Below are positions 1 through 8,855 of a stretch of 64,000 bases of DNA, in pieces. The translations under genes were made by a program, and so were the position numbers. Below the pieces are notes generated by a model, which ran no database searches, was not told the origin of the DNA, and saw nothing but the letters and a program-made list of their open reading frames with translations. Each line of letters starts with the position of its first letter. The stretch's first letter is position 1. Source of the DNA: Myxococcota bacterium (GTDB taxonomy: Bacteria > Myxococcota_A > UBA796 > SXON01); NCBI GenBank assembly GCA_040386535.1, contig JAZKFH010000024.1, positions 95,047 through 159,046 of the forward strand, written 5' to 3'.

Positions 1-108
1 GCGCACGGCGCGTGCGATGTCGGGGTCCAGCTTGCCGGAGGACACGATGGGCTCCCGCTTCGCGCACGCCGTCACCACCAGGATCAGCGCCAACAGGGCC
101 CCTCTCAC
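1..108 (-). CDS. Partial (5' end only) putative lipoprotein
   Basis: GTG at 108 overlaps the TGA of the upstream gene (GTGA); reads MRGALLALILVVTAC-AKREP, a signal peptide with a lipobox-like Cys; runs off the window. Confidence 0.6.
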   Translation of the reverse strand, partial: MRGALLALILVVTACAKREPIVSSGKLDPDIARAVR

Positions 109-1100
109 GCGGCCCCCTGCGTGGCCGACGCGCGGCTCCGACCGACGACCTCGCGCAACGAGAGACCCTCCCAGACGAGAAAGAAGAGGCCCGCGCCCAC
201 CGTGAAGCCGAATTGGCCGAGGTGGAGCAGGACCGCGAAGGTGCGGGCGCGGTCGGCGTCGGCGCCGAGCATCACGAGGCCCGCGGAGCAGAAGGCCTCG
301 AACCCGCCGAAGAAGCCGGGGGTGGGGGCGACCGTCATGCCCGCGAGCGTGACGGACCAGACGGTGAGCGCGTTGCCGAGGCTCACGGGGAGCCCGGGGA
401 ACGCCGCGAGGTGGACGTAGACGGCCAGGATCGTGACCCCCCAGATGACGATGGACGTGACGAGCACCTCCGCCAGCGCCGCCGGGCGCCGGGCGAGCGT
501 CCGGATGCCCTCGTGGAAGCGCCGCAGGAAGCTCCCGAGGGGCAGCCGGTCGGTGAGGCGGAGGATCGGCTCGCCGACGACGAGCAGCACGACGAGGCCC
601 ACGGTGCCGAGCGCCACGAGGGTGCCGACCGCGCGCTGGCCGGCCCGGAGCACGTCGATGCCCTCGACCACGATGCGGCCCTCGGGCAGATCGACCACGA
701 AGCCCACGAGCATCATCATGCCGAGCAGCATGAACATGTCGACGAGGCGCTCGATGAAGATCGCGGCGAGGCCGGCCCCGAAGGGGATCTGCTCCTTCTC
801 TGCGAGCAGCGTGGGCCGCACGAACTCGCCCATGCGGAGCGGCACGACGTTGATGGCGAGGTACCCGATCGAGAGGATGGAGAGCAGGCGCACGAACGGC
901 ACCGGGCGCCCCAGGATCGTGCGCAGGCGCACCACGCGGAGGGAGTGGGCCCCGGCGTAGCACACGAACACGATGCCGAGGTAGCCCCAGCGGAAGTCGC
1001 CCAGGCTCACCGCGACCACGGCGGGGTCGATGCCCCAGAGGACCCAGGCGAGGCAGAGCACGGTCACGACGAGGACGGCGGCGATCTTCAGTCGCATCAA
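105..1100 (-). CDS. Lysylphosphatidylglycerol synthase TM-domain (UPF0104/flippase-like) membrane protein
   Basis: Multi-pass hydrophobic protein with family motifs N-VVP-LRMGE-FVR, IERLVD and PTPGFFGGFE. Confidence 0.8.
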   Translation of the reverse strand: MMRLKIAAVLVVTVLCLAWVLWGIDPAVVAVSLGDFRWGYLGIVFVCYAGAHSLRVVRLRTILGRPVPFVRLLSILSIGYLAINVVPLRMGEFVRPTLLAEKEQIPFGAGLAAIFIERLVDMFMLLGMMMLVGFVVDLPEGRIVVEGIDVLRAGQRAVGTLVALGTVGLVVLLVVGEPILRLTDRLPLGSFLRRFHEGIRTLARRPAALAEVLVTSIVIWGVTILAVYVHLAAFPGLPVSLGNALTVWSVTLAGMTVAPTPGFFGGFEAFCSAGLVMLGADADRARTFAVLLHLGQFGFTVGAGLFFLVWEGLSLREVVGRSRASATQGAA

Positions 1101-1972
1101 CCCGCCGATTCGCGGTCGGCGGGCGCCGCGGGGGCCGCTGGTGAAGGCGAGGCGGACTCAGCCCCGCGCCATCGCAGCTGCCGGGGGCCTGGGCGCAGGA
1201 GCTGGAGCCCGATCCACGAGTTGTCCAACGACTGCTTGTCCTCGACGCCGTAGAGCTCGGGGGGGACCGCGCGCGTCACGTCGGTGCCGAACAGGCGGTC
1301 CCACAGGGGGAGCGCGTTCGCGTAGTTGCCATCGTAGATCTGCCCGTCGCGCGTGTGGTGCCAGGAGTGGAACAGGGGGGTGTTGAACACCTGGAACCAG
1401 AGGCGCTTGAACGGCGTGTCCGGCGTGAACCGCACGTTCGAGTGCTCGATCGAGTCCGCGACGATGCCGACGATCAGCGCGGCCGGCAGCGGCCAGCCCT
1501 CCGACACGCGGAACAGGACGCCGAAGAGCAGGAGCGGGATGGCCGCGAGCTGGACGAAGTCGAACACGTGCATGCGGAAGCCCGTGGTCGCGTCCAGCTG
1601 CTCGGCCGAGTGATGCACCCGGTGGAAGCTCCACAAGAACGGCACGCGATGGTCGGCGTAGTGCAGCCAGTAGCGCGCGAAGTCGAGCGTGAGGAAGGCG
1701 ATGAGGAACTGGACCACCGTGGGCAGCGCCGTCAGGTCCAGCAGGCGCCCCTCCAACGGCTGGATCCCCGCGTAGACGAGGGCCAGGAGGACCGCCTGCC
1801 GCCCGGCGAAGAGCACGCCGCCGTTGAGCAGGTTCACCCACGTCTCCTGGGTCAGGAGCCCGCTACGGGCCTCGCGTGGCCAGATCCGGGCCGCGAGGAG
1901 CCCGAGGACCAACACCACCGCCTGAGCCAACGTCGTCGCCATCGCCGCTGCCCTAACCGCGTCCCCCGGCAC
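1097..1972 (-). CDS. Sterol desaturase / fatty acid hydroxylase family protein
   Basis: His boxes YWLHYADH, FHRVHH, EHSN and FHSWHH, plus NYA..LPLWDRLFGT; start may instead be the ATG at 1942. Confidence 0.85.
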   Translation of the reverse strand: MPGDAVRAAAMATTLAQAVVLVLGLLAARIWPREARSGLLTQETWVNLLNGGVLFAGRQAVLLALVYAGIQPLEGRLLDLTALPTVVQFLIAFLTLDFARYWLHYADHRVPFLWSFHRVHHSAEQLDATTGFRMHVFDFVQLAAIPLLLFGVLFRVSEGWPLPAALIVGIVADSIEHSNVRFTPDTPFKRLWFQVFNTPLFHSWHHTRDGQIYDGNYANALPLWDRLFGTDVTRAVPPELYGVEDKQSLDNSWIGLQLLRPGPRQLRWRGAESASPSPAAPAAPADRESAG

Positions 1973-2064
1973 ACGTCCCCCTCCCTCGTGAGAACTTGAG
2001 GCGAGAGAAGACAGGGTCGAGGAGGCGTGTCCGCGTTAGATGCCCGGCCCGCAAGGAGCTACTG

Positions 2065-3642
2065 ATGATCGTCGTGAGCAATGTGTCGAAGGGCTTCGGA
2101 GGGCGCCTGCTCTTCGAGTCGGTCACGACGTCTTTTGGCCCTGGCAAGCGCTTCGGCCTCACCGGGCCGAACGGCGCCGGCAAGACCACCTTCATGAAGA
2201 TCCTCATCGGCGATCTCGAGCCCGACAGCGGCACGATCAGCCGTCCCAAGCGGCTCGGCATCCTGCGCCAGGACCACACCCTCTACGACGACATGCGTGT
2301 CGTCGACACCGTCATCGCGGGCAACAAGCGCCTGTGGGACGCGATGACGGAGAAGGATGCCCTGCTCGCCAAGCCGGACCAGACGGAGGAAGACGGCGAG
2401 CGCATGGGCGATCTCGAGTGTGTCATCGCGGAGGAGGACGGCTACACCGCCGAGCCCGACGCCGCCGTGATGCTCGAGGGCCTCGGCATCACGCAGGCCC
2501 AGCAGGAGCGCCCGATGAAGGAGCTCCAGGGCGGCTTCAAGCTGCGCGTGCTGCTCGCGCAGGCGCTGTTCGGGGCCCCGCACGCCCTCCTGCTCGACGA
2601 GCCCACCAACAGCCTCGACATCGAGTCGATCGCCTGGCTGGAGGAGTTCCTCCTCTCGTTCAACGGCGTGCTCGTGGTCATCTCCCACGATCGTCACTTC
2701 CTGAACTCGGTGTGCACCCACATCGCCGACATCGACTACCAGGCGATCATCCAGTACAGCGGCAATTACGACGACATGGTGCGCGCCAAGGCGCAGGTCC
2801 GCTCCCAGGTCGAGTCGTCCAACTCCCGGAAGATGGACAAGATCAAGCAGCTGCAGGACTTCGTCCAGAAGTTCGGCGCCGGTACGCGGTCCACACAAGC
2901 GGCCTCCCGCAAGAAGGAGATCGAGCGTCTCCGCCCCGACGAGATCAAGCGCTCGAACATCGCCCGCCCCTACATCCGCTTCGACTTCGAGCGGTCCAGC
3001 GGTCGCGACGTGCTCGAGATCCGCAAGCTCGCGGGCGGCTACGGCGACCAGCGCCTGTTCGGCGGCCTGAACATCGACATCAGCCGTGGCGACAAGGTGG
3101 CGATCATCGGCCGCAACGGCACCGGAAAGACCACGCTCGTCCGCACGCTTCTCAAGGAGCTCCCGGCGCTCCAGGGCAGCATCAAGTGGGGCCACGAGAC
3201 CAACCCCGGCTACTTCCCGCAGGAGCACGAGCACCAGATCCCGCCCGGCTACACCGTGTTCAACTGGATGTTCGAGCAGAAGCCCATCGCCGGCAAGGAA
3301 GGCGTCCGGCAGGTGCTCGGCCGCATGTTGTTCTCCGGGGAGGACGGCGACAAGCCCACCGCCACCCTCTCCGGCGGCGAGCGCGTGCGCACCCTCCTCG
3401 CGAAGCTCATGCTGCTCCAGCACAACGTCCTGCTCCTCGACGAGCCCACCAACCACATGGACCTCGAGGCGATCTCGGCCCTCCGTGACGGCATCGAGGC
3501 CTACCAGGGCACGTGCATCTTCGTGACGCACGACCGCGATCTCGTGGAGACCGTCGCGAACAAGATCATCGCGTTCGACGGCGCGGGGAAGGCCGAGGTC
3601 TACACCGGCGGCTTCGCCGAGTACCTCAAGACCCGGAAGTAG
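2065..3642 (+). CDS. ABC-F family ATPase (YbiT/YkpA-like, ribosome-associated)
   Basis: Two NBDs (GPNGAGKTT, GRNGTGKTT; LLDEPTN twice), no TM segments; ATG 2065 follows RBS AAGGAG. Confidence 0.9.
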   Translation: MIVVSNVSKGFGGRLLFESVTTSFGPGKRFGLTGPNGAGKTTFMKILIGDLEPDSGTISRPKRLGILRQDHTLYDDMRVVDTVIAGNKRLWDAMTEKDALLAKPDQTEEDGERMGDLECVIAEEDGYTAEPDAAVMLEGLGITQAQQERPMKELQGGFKLRVLLAQALFGAPHALLLDEPTNSLDIESIAWLEEFLLSFNGVLVVISHDRHFLNSVCTHIADIDYQAIIQYSGNYDDMVRAKAQVRSQVESSNSRKMDKIKQLQDFVQKFGAGTRSTQAASRKKEIERLRPDEIKRSNIARPYIRFDFERSSGRDVLEIRKLAGGYGDQRLFGGLNIDISRGDKVAIIGRNGTGKTTLVRTLLKELPALQGSIKWGHETNPGYFPQEHEHQIPPGYTVFNWMFEQKPIAGKEGVRQVLGRMLFSGEDGDKPTATLSGGERVRTLLAKLMLLQHNVLLLDEPTNHMDLEAISALRDGIEAYQGTCIFVTHDRDLVETVANKIIAFDGAGKAEVYTGGFAEYLKTRK

Positions 3643-3643
3643 C

Positions 3644-4372
3644 ATGAGGGCGTGGTGGCCCCAGGTGCGCGCCGTCCTGGTCGCGTTTCACCTCGTCGCC
3701 ATCACGCTCTCGGCGCTGCCGTCCCCCGAGGGGGGCCTGAACCGCGCCACGTGGTCGGACCCCACGGTGCAGGCGGAGTTCTCCGCGTGGGCCGCCCGGC
3801 TCGGCATGGAGAAGGGCGACTTCGAGGACCAGCTCTGGACCTTCGCGAGCGCCTACGGGAGCGGCTACCGGCAGCTGCTCACCCCGGTGCGTCCCTACGA
3901 GGAGCTCGTGGGGTCCGAGCAGAGCTGGAAGATGTTCATCGCGCCGCACCGCTTCCCCACGCGGCTCGAGATCGCCGGGCGGACGCCGGGCGGCGAGTGG
4001 TCCGTCCTGTTCGTGGAGTCCTCCCCCACCGCCACCTGGCGCAAGGACCTGCTCCGCGTCGAGCGCCTGCGCTCCGCGATCTTCCGATGGGGCTGGCCGA
4101 ACTACGCCAGCGCGTGGAGCAAGGGCTGCATCGCGCTCGCGGGGCTCGCCTTCGCGGACTTCCCCGCGGTCGACGAGGTGCGGTGCCGGTTCTGGAAGGC
4201 GAAGTCGCCGTCCCCGGAGGAGGCCGCGAGCGGCACTCTCCCGGAGGGCAAGTGGTTCAGCCCGCGCATCGTCCGTCGGAGCGCACCGCTCGTAGCTGAG
4301 CGGCCGCCCGACGACTCGGCACCCAAGGGCGCCGCCGTCCCCGAGGCCCTCCCCGCGGCCCCGACGCCATGA
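3644..4372 (+). CDS. Hypothetical membrane-anchored protein, partner of HTTM protein (SdpA/DUF5819-like)
   Basis: N-terminal hydrophobic helix; Q-S-W-K-M-F-I-A-P motif; ATGA overlap with the downstream HTTM gene. Confidence 0.55.
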   Translation: MRAWWPQVRAVLVAFHLVAITLSALPSPEGGLNRATWSDPTVQAEFSAWAARLGMEKGDFEDQLWTFASAYGSGYRQLLTPVRPYEELVGSEQSWKMFIAPHRFPTRLEIAGRTPGGEWSVLFVESSPTATWRKDLLRVERLRSAIFRWGWPNYASAWSKGCIALAGLAFADFPAVDEVRCRFWKAKSPSPEEAASGTLPEGKWFSPRIVRRSAPLVAERPPDDSAPKGAAVPEALPAAPTP

Positions 4373-5370
4373 TCCGCCGCGTCCCCTCCCTGTGGCGCCG
4401 CTGGGTCGCCCTGCTCGACCACCGCGAGCCCGCCACCGCCCTCGCCCTCGCGCGGATCGTGCTCGGCCTCTCGCTCGTCGCGCACCTGGGCCACCTCGCC
4501 TGGGTCGGCGGAGACCTGCTCGTGTGGACCGACGCCGCCTACGGCGGGCTGCGCTCGCTCGACGCCGGCTGGATGGCCCACCTCGGGGGGCTCACCCCCG
4601 AGAACGTGCGCGGGCTCGTGATCGTGACGGTGCTCGCGGCCACGGCCTTCACCATCGGGCTGTTCACGCGCGCCGCCGCGCTCGTCACCTGGGTCGGCTT
4701 TCGCACGCTCGCAGATCTGAACGGGCACTCGGGCGGCGCCTACGACGAGCTCGCCAAGAACATCCTGTTGCTCCTGCTGGTCAGCGGGTGTGGGCGCGCG
4801 CTCTCGATCGACGCGTGGCGCACCGCCCGGAACGGAGGCACCTCCGCGGATCGCCTCGCGCCCGCCTGGCCGCGCTACGCCCTCGTGTTTCAGCTCGTGC
4901 TCATGTACTGGGCCACGGGCATGCAGAAGGTGTCGTCCGGGTGGGTGCCCGGCGGCTCGGCGGACGCGCTCTGGTACATCCTCCAGCAGCCCACGTGGCA
5001 GCGCCGGGAGATGACGTGGCTCGCGCCGCTGTTCCCGCTGACCCAGGTGGCGACCCTCGCCACGTGGACCTTCGAGCAGGCGGCGCCGCTCCTCTTGCTC
5101 GCGTTCTGGTTCCGCCGCACCCGCACCCGCCCCGGTCGCGTGCGGGCGGCGTTCAACCGGCTCGACGTGCGCGCGATCTACCTCTTCCTCGGCGTCGGCA
5201 TGCACGTCGGCATCGAGGCCACCATGGAGGTCGGCGTCTTCAGCTGGGCCACGATGGCCATATACGCCGCGTGCTTCCACCCGGACGAGTGGCTCTGGGC
5301 CGGGCGGAAGCTGCGCGCGCTGCTTACTCGACCGCTTCCATCGTCAGGCCCAGCTCCCAGCGCGCCGTGA
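4369..5370 (+). CDS. HTTM-domain membrane protein (vitamin K-dependent carboxylase/SdpB-like)
   Basis: LALARIVLG, IGLFTR, ALSIDAW, QLVLMYWATGMQK and GMHVGIEATMEVGVFSW match the HTTM pattern. Confidence 0.75.
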   Translation: MIRRVPSLWRRWVALLDHREPATALALARIVLGLSLVAHLGHLAWVGGDLLVWTDAAYGGLRSLDAGWMAHLGGLTPENVRGLVIVTVLAATAFTIGLFTRAAALVTWVGFRTLADLNGHSGGAYDELAKNILLLLLVSGCGRALSIDAWRTARNGGTSADRLAPAWPRYALVFQLVLMYWATGMQKVSSGWVPGGSADALWYILQQPTWQRREMTWLAPLFPLTQVATLATWTFEQAAPLLLLAFWFRRTRTRPGRVRAAFNRLDVRAIYLFLGVGMHVGIEATMEVGVFSWATMAIYAACFHPDEWLWAGRKLRALLTRPLPSSGPAPSAP

Positions 5371-6334
5371 TGTCCTCGGCGACGATGTACATGCAGTACG
5401 GCTCGCCGTCGCTGCAGGGCACACACTCGACGCCGGCCTTCACCGCGATGCGGCACACCGCGCTGTAGTCGTCCGCGGCCTGGTTCAGGAGGGGGCCCAT
5501 GTGCCGCGAGTCCCCAAAACCGCTGCCCACGCCCTTCTCGATGCTCGTGCCGTCGGCGGTGAACGTGCCCGACAGGTGGAACTGCTCGATGGGGATGGGG
5601 ATCCCGTTGTAGCTGACGGTGATGTAGTCGGCGTAGGCCTCGAAGTAGGGCTGCTCCTCGAAGGAGCCGGCGGGGAAGTCCCAGGTCTCCTCGTCCATCA
5701 CCTGGGTGTAGCTCCCGTCGTTCTCGTGGTAGCCGACGCCGCCGAGCAGGTCGATCTCGCTGCTCCCGGCCGAGCTGATCGAGATCAGGAGCGGCACGGT
5801 GAGGTAGGTCGACGCGACGAAGTCGAGGAACGACGGCTCGGTGATGGTCGACTCGGACAGGCGCCAGACGAAGGCGCGGCCGACCAAAGAGGATGGATCC
5901 TCGGTGAGCGGCGTGCCGAGGCTCGAGGTCGTGAAGCTCGACGAGGTGGCGACGCCGCACACGTCCACGCCGAGGGTGTAGGTCGTGTCGGCGGCGAGCA
6001 CCGTCGAGAGGATGGCCTGGACGTTGCCCTCGGTCCACGTGGTCTCGAAGGCCGCGGCGGTGCCGCCGGCATCGGTCAGGGTGAACGCGGCGGTCGAGCC
6101 GTCTCCCTCGAAGCTCACCTCGATGGGGTCCCGGTAGTACACGGCGGTGGCGCCGTCGGCCGGCTCGTTGCCGATCACCGTCGCCGTGCAGGGCACGTCG
6201 GTGTCGGTATCGGTGTCGGTGTCCGTGTCCGAGTCGGCGGTGTCGCCCCCGTTCACGTCCTTGTCGTCGGTCGCACCGAGGTCTTTCTCTACACAGGCGC
6301 TCAAGGCGAGCACCCACACCAGATGACGGCTCAT
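5324..6334 (-). CDS. Lipoprotein with bacterial Ig-like (Big_5-like) domain
   Basis: Lipobox LSAC, (DT)n acidic linker, PADGATAV...I.V.F...L.ADTTYTL Ig-like signature, Cys-rich C-terminus. Confidence 0.65.
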   Translation of the reverse strand: MSRHLVWVLALSACVEKDLGATDDKDVNGGDTADSDTDTDTDTDTDVPCTATVIGNEPADGATAVYYRDPIEVSFEGDGSTAAFTLTDAGGTAAAFETTWTEGNVQAILSTVLAADTTYTLGVDVCGVATSSSFTTSSLGTPLTEDPSSLVGRAFVWRLSESTITEPSFLDFVASTYLTVPLLISISSAGSSEIDLLGGVGYHENDGSYTQVMDEETWDFPAGSFEEQPYFEAYADYITVSYNGIPIPIEQFHLSGTFTADGTSIEKGVGSGFGDSRHMGPLLNQAADDYSAVCRIAVKAGVECVPCSDGEPYCMYIVAEDITARWELGLTMEAVE

Positions 6335-6347
6335 GTCTCCTCCTCTC

Positions 6348-7283
6348 TCATTCGTCGATGGGCGTCGCCGTGATCGCGAGGGTGTACCAGTGGAACCGGC
6401 TCCCCTTGTCGTCTTCGGTGCGCGCCAACAGGTACAGGTCCTGCACGCCCGTGAACTTCTTCTCGAAGTACGGGTCGCGGTCGTAGTCGATCTCGCCCGA
6501 GTACGACGTCTTCAGGGCGGCGGTGCCCTCGGTCGCGTCGTAGAGCACGAGCATGAGGTTCGCGGCGGAGCCCTCGGTGAACGCCGTCACGTCGAAGGTG
6601 AGCGTCTGCTCGCCCTCGTACGGCGTCGTGATCTTGTACCAGTCGAAGTCGCCCTCGCGGCCGACGCTGCCGAACAGGGTCTGCCCGGGGGTGAAGACCT
6701 GCGCCGCGGCGCGCTGATCGTTGGGCTCGACCTCCTCCGCATCCCAGTCCACGGGCTCCTTGGAGAGCGTGGTGAGCATGAACCAGGTGTACTCGTCGCC
6801 CGAGAGCAGGTTGGTCTCCGCGAGCGTGATCCGGTAGGGCTCGATGGCGGGCGCGGGGAAGACGAGCAGCGGGTCGGTCGTGAGGTAGCCGTCGAGCACC
6901 TGGGCGCTCTCGCCGCCCCCGTCGACAAGAATCTGAGGATTCGCGCTCGAGCCGCGAATGCCCGCCTCGACGCGAACGGTGATCCAACCGGTCTGGCTCG
7001 GCGTGATCGTGAACCAGTCGAGGTCGAGGTACGCGGAGAAATCGCCACAGGCCCACTGCTCCATCGGGAGCGCCTGACTCGTGTCAGGAGAGTTGTTCGG
7101 CTCCAACTCCTCGAAGTCACATCTCGGCGGCGGACCGGTATCGGTGTCCGTGTCGGTCTCGGAGGTGTCCGGCGGACTGGTGTCCTCCGCGGAATCCTCC
7201 TCGGTATCGTCGGTCTCGCTCGGGTTCGGGAAGGCCGGCCGGCAGCCGTTGCAGCCACCCGCGAGGACCAGGAGAAGCACCAT
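6348..7283 (-). CDS. Lipoprotein with two pre-peptidase C-terminal (PPC)-like domains
   Basis: LAGGC signal; two E-x-EPN(N/D)...A Q...D-x-D-W-(F/Y) repeats. Confidence 0.6.
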   Translation of the reverse strand: MVLLLVLAGGCNGCRPAFPNPSETDDTEEDSAEDTSPPDTSETDTDTDTGPPPRCDFEELEPNNSPDTSQALPMEQWACGDFSAYLDLDWFTITPSQTGWITVRVEAGIRGSSANPQILVDGGGESAQVLDGYLTTDPLLVFPAPAIEPYRITLAETNLLSGDEYTWFMLTTLSKEPVDWDAEEVEPNDQRAAAQVFTPGQTLFGSVGREGDFDWYKITTPYEGEQTLTFDVTAFTEGSAANLMLVLYDATEGTAALKTSYSGEIDYDRDPYFEKKFTGVQDLYLLARTEDDKGSRFHWYTLAITATPIDE

Positions 7284-7309
7284 CCACCGGCTCCGGGGTC
7301 AGGAAGTGC

Positions 7310-7338
7310 AGGATACCCGCACCGGCTCCGGGTATGTT
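7310..7338. promoter_or_regulatory. Back-to-back divergent -10-like elements (GGGTATCCT on minus, GGGTATGTT on plus)
   Basis: Inverted repeat ATACCCG-N9-CGGGTAT in the 73-bp divergent gap; each arm runs into a TANNNT hexamer facing its gene. Confidence 0.35.
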
Positions 7339-7356
7339 GGAAAAGAGGAAGACGCC

Positions 7357-8787
7357 ATGGTCTCGATGCTTGTGTTGTTGGCGGCCTGTACGGGGGAAGA
7401 TCCGGGGCTCAAGGCGTTGCAGCCCGACATCGTCCCGCTCGACGTCGTGGACTTCGGGGAGATCGTGGTCGACTATTCGAGTGAGGGCGCCGTTCGCATC
7501 AACAACAACGGCCTCGGCATCCTCGAGATCGACGAGATCACGCTCAGCGGGGACGGCGCCTCGATGTTCACCGTGGGCGACGTGCCCGCCGAGGTCGCCA
7601 ACAAGAGCATCTACGAGCTCCCCGTGTGGTTCCTCCCCGCGGATCCCCTCGCCTACACCGCCACGATGACCATCCACTCGAACGACGAGGACGATCCCGA
7701 GCTCGAGGTCACCCTCACCGGCAAGGGTGTCGTCGCCCCGACGCCCGACATCGACTGCTCGTCGCTCTCGATGGACTTCGGCACGGTCGTGCCGGGCACG
7801 TCGAACATCCAGTACATCACGTGCACCAACATCGGTGACGACGTCCTGGAGATCACGAACGAGCTCCAGGGCGGCAGCGGCAACTTCATCGTGCCCCAGG
7901 ACCACACCGGGTACCTGGTCCCCTCCGGGCAGAACATCACCCTGCTCGTGAACTACACCCCGCTCACCGCGGAGGGGGACAACGGCACGATCACCCTCTC
8001 CAGCAACGATCCCGACGAGCCCGAGGTCCTCATCACCCTGGTCGGCAACGGCGGCGGCACGTTCGAGTACCCCGTCGCGGTCGTCGATTGCCCGACCAGC
8101 GCGGTCCCCCGCCAGACCGTCCTGGTCGGCGGCGGCGAAAGCTACGATCCGAACGGCTACGACATGCCGTTGACCTACTTGTGGACCGCGACCGGCCCCT
8201 ACGAGGAGGTCGCGATCACCCCGATCGGCCCCGACGTGAGCGTCCAGCTCGATCTGGCCGGCGAGTACCGCGTCGCGCTCCAGGTGCGGAACACCATCGG
8301 CCTGCTCTCGGCGCCCACGGTGTGCCGGATCGACGCCATCCCCGAGGAGCAGCTCCACGTCGAGCTCGTGTGGAAGGACGTGAACGATCTCGACCTGCAC
8401 CTGCTCAACGGCGCGGGCGTCCTGTTCGACGAGGTGAACGACTGCAACTACTGCAACGTGAATCCCGATTGGGGCACGAGCGGTGGCGCGGACGATCCGA
8501 CGCTCGATCTGGACGCGCGGTCGAGCCCGCCGGGCGTCGAGAACATCAACATCGAGACCCCCGCGGACGACACCTACTCGGTGAAGGTGCACTACTACGA
8601 GGACAGCGGCGCCGGGGATGTCACGGCGACCGTGAACATCTACCTCTACGGCGTGTTGGCCGACAGCTACTCCCGCGTGATGTCCCGCAACAAGGTGTGG
8701 GACGTGGCCGACATCGTGTGGCCCGACGGGTTCGTGCTCGAGACCACCGCCGACCTCTACACGCCGGACGTGCGCTACTGCGAGTAG
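7357..8787 (+). CDS. Lipoprotein with two choice-of-anchor-D/ASH-like Ig domains, a PKD-like domain and a DUF2135/YfaP-like C-terminal domain
   Basis: ATG 7357 after GAGGAA; LLAAC lipobox; two DFG.V...SND.D.P repeats; VELVW..NDLDLHL...LDLD...GVENINI...Y.V.VHYY. Confidence 0.7.
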   Translation: MVSMLVLLAACTGEDPGLKALQPDIVPLDVVDFGEIVVDYSSEGAVRINNNGLGILEIDEITLSGDGASMFTVGDVPAEVANKSIYELPVWFLPADPLAYTATMTIHSNDEDDPELEVTLTGKGVVAPTPDIDCSSLSMDFGTVVPGTSNIQYITCTNIGDDVLEITNELQGGSGNFIVPQDHTGYLVPSGQNITLLVNYTPLTAEGDNGTITLSSNDPDEPEVLITLVGNGGGTFEYPVAVVDCPTSAVPRQTVLVGGGESYDPNGYDMPLTYLWTATGPYEEVAITPIGPDVSVQLDLAGEYRVALQVRNTIGLLSAPTVCRIDAIPEEQLHVELVWKDVNDLDLHLLNGAGVLFDEVNDCNYCNVNPDWGTSGGADDPTLDLDARSSPPGVENINIETPADDTYSVKVHYYEDSGAGDVTATVNIYLYGVLADSYSRVMSRNKVWDVADIVWPDGFVLETTADLYTPDVRYCE

Positions 8788-8802
8788 CGGTCCGGTGAGG
8801 AC

Positions 8803-8842
8803 GTAGCGAGGGCGCCCGGAGCTCGTTCCGGGCGCCCGCTAC
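8803..8842. terminator. GC-rich hairpin between convergent genes (probable bidirectional terminator)
   Basis: GGGCGCCCGGA-N6-TCCGGGCGCCC with outer GTAGC/GCTAC arms; no U-tract. Confidence 0.5.
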
Positions 8843-8855
8843 ACGACCGCCAGCC

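Noticed and set aside
2065..3642. ABC-F as an antibiotic-resistance (ARE) factor
   Set aside because: Looks like the housekeeping YbiT/YkpA type; no leader-peptide attenuator or resistance context seen
5324..5370. 47-nt convergent overlap of two CDS 3' ends
   Set aside because: The overlapping HTTM tail is low-complexity; stop-codon drift is common at high GC
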